NCBI GenBank assembly: GCA_044372235.1
Contig: JBILSG010000001.1
Coordinates: forward strand, 1-49,871
Origin: Chitinophagaceae bacterium
Lineage (GTDB): Bacteria; Bacteroidota; Bacteroidia; Chitinophagales; Chitinophagaceae
Reading direction: 5' to 3'
DNA: 49,871 nucleotides
Numbering within the stretch: position 1 is the first letter of the stretch; every line of letters starts with the position of its first letter. Position numbers and translations under genes: made by a program. The notes under the pieces are model-generated. The model was given only the letters and a program-made list of their open reading frames with translations, did no database searches and was not told the origin of the DNA. Below, piece by piece: positions 36,962 through 45,200 of the stretch.

Positions 36962-39900
36962 ACTCAATCAGACTCAAGAGAACGATAAGGATAAGAAAAT
37001 TGAAGTGTACATGCAATGGGTCTACCTGCTTGCAGGGATCTTGCTGATCGTTGCCTCATTGGCGATTTTCAATAGCCTCAAGCCACTGGTGGAAAATTCA
37101 TACAATGCTCATGCAGTTGATACATCCGATCCGGACACACTTTTGAATCATGCCAATACCTATTATTGGTGGGGACGATACCGGAAAAACACATTACCGG
37201 AATTTGATACAGCTGCAGTATGGGCCGGCAGGGCACTTCAGCTTGCCCAATCAAGGTTTGCGCAGGATAAGGACACCGCAGCCTTCATGCAACGAAAACT
37301 GCAGGCAGAACAATTGATCGCACAAGCCCGCCAACAGGCAGACATCTGCAAATACAATATTGCTTCCTATATCCCAACCTATATGGAGATTATGGGCTAT
37401 GATGATGATTACATGCATGAGGATGCAGACCCTGAAGATGTGCCCAATATAGCCTTGCGTGGCGCACTTGGCAGACTAGTGGATTTGTTTTCGCCGGATA
37501 AGAATCTGCCGGTTTCATCTCGTACAAGCTTCGCACTGGTGAATGTCAAAACAAGCAATCCCATGGCTGATGAAATGCTGGTGCAGGAATTGAACAACAA
37601 AACCAGGATGTACACCATTGCTCCCCATGAATTGGCACGGATAGCGGGTAATGACAGCACCACCGTTTCCATGGTATTGGGGGATTCCATCATGATGAAA
37701 AAAATTGCTGCGGCCTTCAGTACTGATGAATTGGCGGTAATCGACTTCACTGAAAACGACAAGGTAAACGGCATTTATTATTACGGTATCAGACTCAAAA
37801 TCTGGCATGCAGAAAAGGGATGGGACAGCAGAAACGTCTACACGGAATATATGATCCGGGATAGGGTTTTCAATCAAGTGACAGTATTTATCGGTAGGCT
37901 GCTGTTGGTGGTATTGTTGCTCGCATTGGCTATCAATTTCATCTTGATACCTTTATCAGGCTGGTTGGCAAACATGAAACCGGTAACTCCCTATTATCTC
38001 CTATTATGTTGCATCATTGCGATGATCACCCAATACCTGATGGTGACCTTTGGATTGAAAAATTTCCTCAATCCCACGCCAGATGCCTACTTCGTAAGCG
38101 ACCCAGGTGAGCAATGGACTTTCGCTTATCCACTTACTTTTATTTTACCAGGGTTTATCACATACTTGGTTCTGGGGAAAATGGATAATTTCATCAGCTC
38201 TTTCCGTTCTGATTTTGAAAACCCCCTTGCTTTATTTGCGTTGGTTGCAGGTTCCCTGTTGCCAATGGCTTTTTCCTTCACCTATTACCAAACCATCAGG
38301 TTTGGTTTCAGTGAAAGCACCAATGCCATTTTTACCATTGTGCTTGCAGCGCTTTTTATTGCCCTAGCTGTTTCAAGGTATTGGTCGGCAATAATCAATT
38401 TTCCGCAAAAGATGCATTGGTCTGTTCGCCTTACCACCTGGTTAGGATTTGCGGGGCATATCTTAATTGCTTTTTTATTCATCAGCTCACTGCTTCAGAA
38501 TTATGATAATTTGAGCATCGATAGCTGGTTTCTTAGCAGTTTCCTAATTCCTGCTGGAATTTTAGAATCGCTTTGCTTATTAGCTGCATTTGCAATCAGG
38601 AAAAGCAGACCTGCAGTGAAGAATCAATTCCCTGAAGATGAGCAACCGGAAGACATTCAGGCCATTACATTTGAAAATGAGGCAGTGATAGAAAAAGGTA
38701 AAAAGTATGCATCGCTGTATGTAAGAAGTCAGCGCGGCGCCACAGGTAGAACTGCCGTAGAATCCTATTTACTGGGCAAGCTTGCTCCGGAAGAATACCT
38801 GGTCATCGATTTTTCAGTTGAAACAAAGCAGAGTGATGTGCATTATTTGCCTTTTGCAAAAGCTTTTGAGGAGAAACTGTCTTACAACAAATTCAATGAT
38901 GTGGCAGAAACTGCCCGGAAAACCAGCAATATCATTGGGAAAGCATTGAGCGCCATAACCAGTGCAGCAGGGATTCTAATTGATGAAGGACAAACCAAGG
39001 CCAGAAATGCCAATGAGCTCGCTGAATTATTACTTAAAAAACTCGCTCGAAAAAAAACCCTCCTCCTGCTCGATCATATCGACAAGATAGATGAAGAGAA
39101 TATCCGCTTGCTGGAAGCACTGATTAATAAGATAATTGAGTACCGACAGGCATTTGTATCATCCTATAGAGCTCCACAACAGTTGCCAGTGCTGATAGCC
39201 TGCGGTACCGGTGAATATGGTTACCGCGATAAGGTCTTGACTTTGTTGGGCAGGCTCCGTCGTGAGGGCATGGAGAAAGATGTGCTTGTTTTTGAACTGA
39301 AGTTCACTAATGTGGTAGAAAATTATCTGGAAACCCAATCCTTGCCCATTCAAGCCAATCTGCATTTGAAGGATCTTTTTATACGGGCCCATCGTAACTA
39401 TTCACCTGATTTGGTTAAGGAAAGTTTTGAAGTGTTGAAAAAGAATGAAATTCTGAAATTGACAGATACTCCGGTAGGAGGAGATTCCATGTGGATGATG
39501 TCGATTACTGATTTCAGTCAGTTACCTGAGAAACGAGGTTTGATGGATATTGAAGATGCGGTGTTGCAGCACAGAGAGTTAAAAGACGTGATGATTGGTG
39601 CAGCATACATTGCGGATGAACAAGGAAAATTTCACTTGCCCGTTTTGGCCAATGCGCTTAAAATGGACCGCATTCCACTGCTTCACCTGCTTAAGGAGGC
39701 GGAGTATTATAACCTTGTTTATGACTTGAAAGAAAAGGAGCATTTTTACTGGTATGCGTTTACTGATAGGGCCCTTGTAGATGATTTCAAGGAAGTAGAA
39801 AATCCAAGACAGGAAGCAGTTAGCCAACTTGCTTATGAATATTATCGGGGTTATGTGGAGTATTATTGTCCGCATACAACCACCGAGGCCAATATACATC

Positions 39901-41579
39901 GCCTTCGTCAAATGATTGAATCCGGAGAACTATCAGTTGACAGCCTTATTCTCTTGGCAAAGCGTTCAGCTGATGTTGAAAAGGCATTTCCTATACTGGC
40001 TTTCAATATCCATCACCAGACTGCTGGTCATATAGGAACCAATGGCATAGCTCGTTTTGACGATGCATTGCATATCATCAAGAAAGCAGTAGAGATTTAT
40101 GAAGGGCTTAATGAAACAGAAAGACAAAACTGTGCAAAGCAGATTTTTGAAATAAGGAGGCTGTGGTATAGGCTATTAATTGAAACAGGTACATATAGAA
40201 CTGAGAACATAAACAAACTGTATAAAGATATTGAGGAGAATTCTTTGTATCATGAGCTTCATGATCATGAAAAGCAAGATTTAAAGTGTTGGAAAATCAG
40301 ACTCTGTTTCACCAGATTTAGCAGTGCCGATGATGATCTCAATACGGGAAATAAACTGTGTGCAGAGTTGTTACAATCAAACCTGGTTGACAATCACATG
40401 CGATGGAGACTGCAATTTTATCAGCTTAAACTTATTCCATCTGTTTGTTTGATATATGGAATGGAAGGTTTTAATCATGAAGAGGTCATTCGAGTTAATT
40501 CAGCTTATACAAAGTTAATTGTTGAAATTGAGGCGTCATTAACAGTCCAGCATAGCAATGAACTAAAAGAATTATACCGAGAGGTATTGAATGATTATGC
40601 AGGTAGTTTCCTGACTGATAAGTTGTTATCACTTTTTGATCCTGATCAGAACAAGACCAGTGAGGAAAAGATAGTAGTTGTTTTTAATCACCTTGGAATA
40701 GAAAGTGCTTCACAATTATTTGCCACTATCAAAGCCTATCTGGCAAAACGTATTAGTCTTGAATTAACAGAACTGCCAAATCAAGAACAAAAAATCAAAG
40801 ATCAGGATGTATTTGATGTGGAGGAGCTAAAAAAATTGTTGAAGAATAATGATAAGGGGATTGACAAAAGAGGCCTTTGTTACACGCTCAATTATTACTC
40901 AAGAGCTTGCCGGACAGTCCGTGATAATAGTGAAGCATTGAAATTTGCAATTTTATCATTTGATTTCAACACGAACGTTGGTGATAAGCTTGGGACTTGC
41001 ATTGCTGCAGGAACAGCTGGTTACGCTACCACAAATCAGAGTGATGCTTATGCATGGTTCAGGAAGAGTTTTGGAATTGGATGGACCATCAACCATTTCA
41101 GTCGTTTTACCATGTTCATGCACATGTTATTGATGGCTAATCGGTTGAATGATGAAAAGCGGAAGAAAGAAGCAGCATTTTATGGTTGGCAATTGGCGCA
41201 GCTGGCGGTATTGCCTTACTTTGGAAAGGAAAATGCCAGTGATGCTTTGGCGCTTTGTTTATTGAGAAGTAAAGCAAAGCTTGAAGAAATATGTGGTACA
41301 AGTAAAATACCCAAACCATATCATTTATTAGGCAATAACCCAGATGCTTTCATGGAAACGCTGACAGATATACTACATCAAAGAATTCAAGTTGACAATA
41401 CGTTGAGCATTGAAAGAAAACCAGGCAAATGGATGATGTCTCCAGAGCTGGAAGGTATTCAATTGAATATCAAATCTGATACAGCAGCGGAAATACTTGT
41501 TTTAAATGCAGCTTCAATCCGGGATTCAGGGAAATGGTATATAGACAAAATTGGGTTTCAAAAAATTCAACCTTCATGA
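36951..41579 (+). CDS. Large membrane protein: periplasmic domain + about 7 TMs + degenerate STAND/AAA-like domain + helical repeats
   Basis: The ORF track starts it at 36912; ATG 36951 or 37011 is more likely. One N-terminal TM, then seven hydrophobic segments, then SQRGATGRT (Walker A position), YLPF, TLLLLDHIDKID (Walker B-like) and AAYI..F.LPVLANAL..LLHLLKEAE..LV (STAND winged-helix-like). Confidence 0.65.
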   Translation: MNYKLNQTQENDKDKKIEVYMQWVYLLAGILLIVASLAIFNSLKPLVENSYNAHAVDTSDPDTLLNHANTYYWWGRYRKNTLPEFDTAAVWAGRALQLAQSRFAQDKDTAAFMQRKLQAEQLIAQARQQADICKYNIASYIPTYMEIMGYDDDYMHEDADPEDVPNIALRGALGRLVDLFSPDKNLPVSSRTSFALVNVKTSNPMADEMLVQELNNKTRMYTIAPHELARIAGNDSTTVSMVLGDSIMMKKIAAAFSTDELAVIDFTENDKVNGIYYYGIRLKIWHAEKGWDSRNVYTEYMIRDRVFNQVTVFIGRLLLVVLLLALAINFILIPLSGWLANMKPVTPYYLLLCCIIAMITQYLMVTFGLKNFLNPTPDAYFVSDPGEQWTFAYPLTFILPGFITYLVLGKMDNFISSFRSDFENPLALFALVAGSLLPMAFSFTYYQTIRFGFSESTNAIFTIVLAALFIALAVSRYWSAIINFPQKMHWSVRLTTWLGFAGHILIAFLFISSLLQNYDNLSIDSWFLSSFLIPAGILESLCLLAAFAIRKSRPAVKNQFPEDEQPEDIQAITFENEAVIEKGKKYASLYVRSQRGATGRTAVESYLLGKLAPEEYLVIDFSVETKQSDVHYLPFAKAFEEKLSYNKFNDVAETARKTSNIIGKALSAITSAAGILIDEGQTKARNANELAELLLKKLARKKTLLLLDHIDKIDEENIRLLEALINKIIEYRQAFVSSYRAPQQLPVLIACGTGEYGYRDKVLTLLGRLRREGMEKDVLVFELKFTNVVENYLETQSLPIQANLHLKDLFIRAHRNYSPDLVKESFEVLKKNEILKLTDTPVGGDSMWMMSITDFSQLPEKRGLMDIEDAVLQHRELKDVMIGAAYIADEQGKFHLPVLANALKMDRIPLLHLLKEAEYYNLVYDLKEKEHFYWYAFTDRALVDDFKEVENPRQEAVSQLAYEYYRGYVEYYCPHTTTEANIHRLRQMIESGELSVDSLILLAKRSADVEKAFPILAFNIHHQTAGHIGTNGIARFDDALHIIKKAVEIYEGLNETERQNCAKQIFEIRRLWYRLLIETGTYRTENINKLYKDIEENSLYHELHDHEKQDLKCWKIRLCFTRFSSADDDLNTGNKLCAELLQSNLVDNHMRWRLQFYQLKLIPSVCLIYGMEGFNHEEVIRVNSAYTKLIVEIEASLTVQHSNELKELYREVLNDYAGSFLTDKLLSLFDPDQNKTSEEKIVVVFNHLGIESASQLFATIKAYLAKRISLELTELPNQEQKIKDQDVFDVEELKKLLKNNDKGIDKRGLCYTLNYYSRACRTVRDNSEALKFAILSFDFNTNVGDKLGTCIAAGTAGYATTNQSDAYAWFRKSFGIGWTINHFSRFTMFMHMLLMANRLNDEKRKKEAAFYGWQLAQLAVLPYFGKENASDALALCLLRSKAKLEEICGTSKIPKPYHLLGNNPDAFMETLTDILHQRIQVDNTLSIERKPGKWMMSPELEGIQLNIKSDTAAEILVLNAASIRDSGKWYIDKIGFQKIQPS

Positions 41580-42148
41580 CATCGTCTGACATCAATATCG
41601 GTCCGCAAGCCGCATTTCATATGCTTCGCCATTTTGTGGGCATCCCGGAAAAGTTGCGCTCGGAATTGTTGCGGTCCGGTAGAACCGAAGAGGCCATTGG
41701 GAAGGAGTTGCGAGAACCAGGATCCAGGTTTGATACGGAATTTGCACAGGATATCGAAAGCTTGCTCGTTCGCATATTGGAGGATGGGTATGAGCAGGAA
41801 ATCGGTGCAAATGGCAATCTTGTATGGAAAGGATGGGCAGACCCCAACCTTTTCCCCAAGGGGGCAGGAACACAATCTGTTGTCCATATCGATACCATTC
41901 CGGAAGGTTCAAAAAGCCTGATCTACAAGATGGTGAACAGGGGAGTGGAATTGATGCATTTCAAAGTTGGTAATCTTCCCCAAACACATGAATACACCAT
42001 CATCCTGAAGCCCACACAATCCCGGCCGGTTTTCATCACGGCCTTCCCTGGTGCACCTGCCATGCCGCTGCCCGAGCGGAGCATGGGAAATGCATTGTAT
42101 GATAAATGCAAAGCCTATTGGGATACGCATGTGTTTTTGGTAACCTGA
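41576..42148 (+). CDS. Hypothetical protein; weak motif resemblance to EndoU-like RNase toxins
   Basis: The ATGA overlap at 41576 is preferred to the 41534 start. Motifs HMLRHF, PGSRF, FITAFPG and YWDTHVF. Confidence 0.6.
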   Translation: MTSSDINIGPQAAFHMLRHFVGIPEKLRSELLRSGRTEEAIGKELREPGSRFDTEFAQDIESLLVRILEDGYEQEIGANGNLVWKGWADPNLFPKGAGTQSVVHIDTIPEGSKSLIYKMVNRGVELMHFKVGNLPQTHEYTIILKPTQSRPVFITAFPGAPAMPLPERSMGNALYDKCKAYWDTHVFLVT

Positions 42149-42229
42149 CGATTTATAACCGTTTGTAGTATTGTCTGGCTTGAAAGCTATTTTCCTTAAC
42201 CCAATCCCCGATTTCTCTATATTCATCAT

Positions 42230-45200
42230 ATGGAACACACCTTGGCCGAATGGCTCCAAACCCACGAACTGTCCAAATACCTGGAAACATTGGTTTCCAA
42301 TGACATTGATACCATTGAATTGGTCAAATCCCTTTCCACAGAAGACCTGAAGGAATTGGGGGTATCCTTGGGTGATCGCAAACGTTTTGAAAAGGCCTTT
42401 CAGGATACAGGAAAGCCTTCCTATTCTGATTTTGAAAAGGATGTCATCAACCACTACCCCTATGTGATCGCCTACCCTTTCAAACGCATGCTGGATGAAG
42501 AGGATGGCCGCAACCGGCTGGAACTGATGGCTTACTCCTTTCTCAACCTGATGAAGTACACGGGACTGGTACTCGCAAGCGAATACTTCCATGCTCCATT
42601 GCGGTCAAAAGAACTGAATGAACTTTTCAGAAACAACCTCTACCAACCTTCTTTTGGCAATTGGAATGCCTTTGTCCGCGAAGCCATCACGATTCTCTCT
42701 GCCAACAAACTTTCATGGGTGTTTCCGGAAATGGTTCAGGCCTACCAAACCGTTGAAATCAAAAATCCAAAGAAATACACCGTCGAATCGGAATACACAG
42801 ATGAGGATGGGCGACTGAAACTGCGTAAATCCGAACTGACTGCCATCGGAGCGCTGATCAATTTCAGAAACCGTCACCTGGGTCATGGCATGCCACTCTC
42901 CAAAGAAGAATATGCCGTTCATTTCACGGCCATCTATCCCGTTTTTACCGATTTGCTGCAGGCCTTTGTATGCCTGAAGGACATGCACATGATCAAGTCC
43001 GACAGGCTCAACAGTTATCTGCTGAAGGGTGATATGGTGCAGGTGGATGAGAACCTCCAACAGGTGAAAGAAGATGCCATATGGATCCAGAATGGCAGCG
43101 GAGACAAACTGCCCTTGATTCCCTTCTACATCATTCCGGGGAAATTCAATGCAGGGCATACCGACAAAACCCAGGTGCTGGTCTATGAACAGAATACGGG
43201 ACAGCGAATGGTCTTTTACAGTCCGGAAAGCATCAAGGCGGAAGCCACGGGGGAAATCCTGGAGCGACTGCAATTGCTGTTGGACAATAAGGAAAAGGAA
43301 GAACCCTATTCTGTTGATAAATTCAACGAGGCAATATTCCAGGAACGCTTGCGCTTGCATAACAGCAAGACATTGACGGGACTGCAAAAGGAGAAAAAGG
43401 TCATTGAAGGTATTTACCAATCCCGCGGTGATGCGGAAATGGCTCTCATCGGCTGGTCTGGTGCTCAGGCCGGTTTTTTCTTTTTGGCTGCGGAAGCGGG
43501 CAGCGGCAAAACCAACCTCCTGATACATGTCAGGGAACGTTACGAGGCTTTAGGATATCCGGCCTTGCTGTTGCGTGCCAACAGAATGGAACATACAGAC
43601 TTGCACTCGGAGCTGTGCACGGTGTTGAACATTCAGCAGGGAAGCGACCTTGCGGCATACGGCATCACAGGTACACGGGAGAAACCCTTCATGATCCTCG
43701 TGGATGGTGCCAATGAACATAGGGAACCACAGGAGTTATTGGACAGCGCCGTGGCATTGGCTGAAGCATATCCTGGTGGCGGACTGAAAATTGTCATGAG
43801 CTGGCGGGTGAACCACCTGGATCAGGTTCCTTCAGCATCTTTTGGCATTAATGCCACCCTTTTCCGGGCCGGGGAACAGCAGCATGCGAATCCGTTGACT
43901 GCCAATGCATTTGTGTTGAAGCCCATGAACCTTGTGGAAATGGAAGGGGCATGGAAGACCTATGCCAACCATGTTTCCAAGCAATACAAGCCCCAGTTTG
44001 GCTTTGATGACCTCCTGTTGGCCGATAAGCCACTTGTTGATCAATTGTCGAATCCCCTGCTCCTGAGGATTTGCATGGAGATTTTCCATAACAAGGGATT
44101 GAAAAGCAAACCCAAAGGCTTCACCAACCTATGGAAGTTGTGGTGGAAGCAAATGCAAACTGAACCCAGGGAGTCGGAATACCTGCTGCAGCTGGCCAGC
44201 CTATTGGCTGAATCAGGGTTGCTCCAGATGCCTTTGGACCGTCTGTTTGACCATCCGGAATTATCCAAAGCAGTAAACAATTTGCAGGTTGACAGTCCGC
44301 ACCAGCAGCTGTTGCGCAAGGGGGTCATCAGCCAGTTCTTCCATGAGGGAATCTTGCAGGTCACCCTTACCATGGAAGCGGCTTACCACTATGTTTTGTC
44401 GGTTTCCATCCCTGAAGAAGGATTGGGCGAAAGGGTGAAGAAAAACGCGTTTTGGGAAGGCCCTGTCAAATACAAATTGTGGGATACGGTTTATGATGCG
44501 GATTCATCCTTGCTCTTTGATCTGATTGATGAAGATGGGTTTCCCAATACTCTGACGGGTTTTGCCCTTGCGCAATACGTGCTCTTGCATAGTCCAGATA
44601 AGGCGCTCCAACAATTGCTGTCGAATCCATCCGGCCACGACGTGGAAGTCTTGAACATGGCATTGAAGGAATTGGAAGCCAACCGACCTAAGGAACATCT
44701 GCTGTTGGCCAATGCCGTCTTGAAACAGGCAGAGGAATTGTCATCAGATGCCGGCATCAGCCTCTTGGCCAGCTTGTTGTCCTATGGCGACAAACCCATT
44801 GCGGATGGGGTTTACAGCCAGTTCATCCAGCATAGTGAATTTAAAAGTGACAAAGACCTCCGAGTCATTGCTGCTTACCACGAGAAGTATGGCAGGAACA
44901 GGGAGGCCCTGGCTTTGCTGGAACAGGTGGCAGGGAATAATGAAGTAGGCAATCAGGTGAATCTGGAAGGGCAGGCCGAGTTGTTCAGGCTGATGGCTGA
45001 ACAATGGATGCATTTGGGTCAGTACGACAAGGCATTGGACCTTGTTGACCAGTCTCAAACTTTGTCGGCAAGATACGGTCTCTTGACCCCTGAAAAAGAC
45101 GCAATGCTATGCACCACCCGAGGTGAATTGTTTGGTCACAAATCACTCTATGCCCAAGCCTTGTCCGCTTATCAGAAAGCCCATGACTTGTACCAAAAAT

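Noticed and set aside
42713-43528. 271-aa antisense ORF and the many other short nested or antisense ORFs (e.g. 8093-8671, 30845-31480, 41909-42592, 45876-46361, 48234-48776, 48709-49056)
   Set aside because: They are shadow frames of well-supported genes with no independent motifs. The repetitive ones only mirror the TPR DNA repeats.
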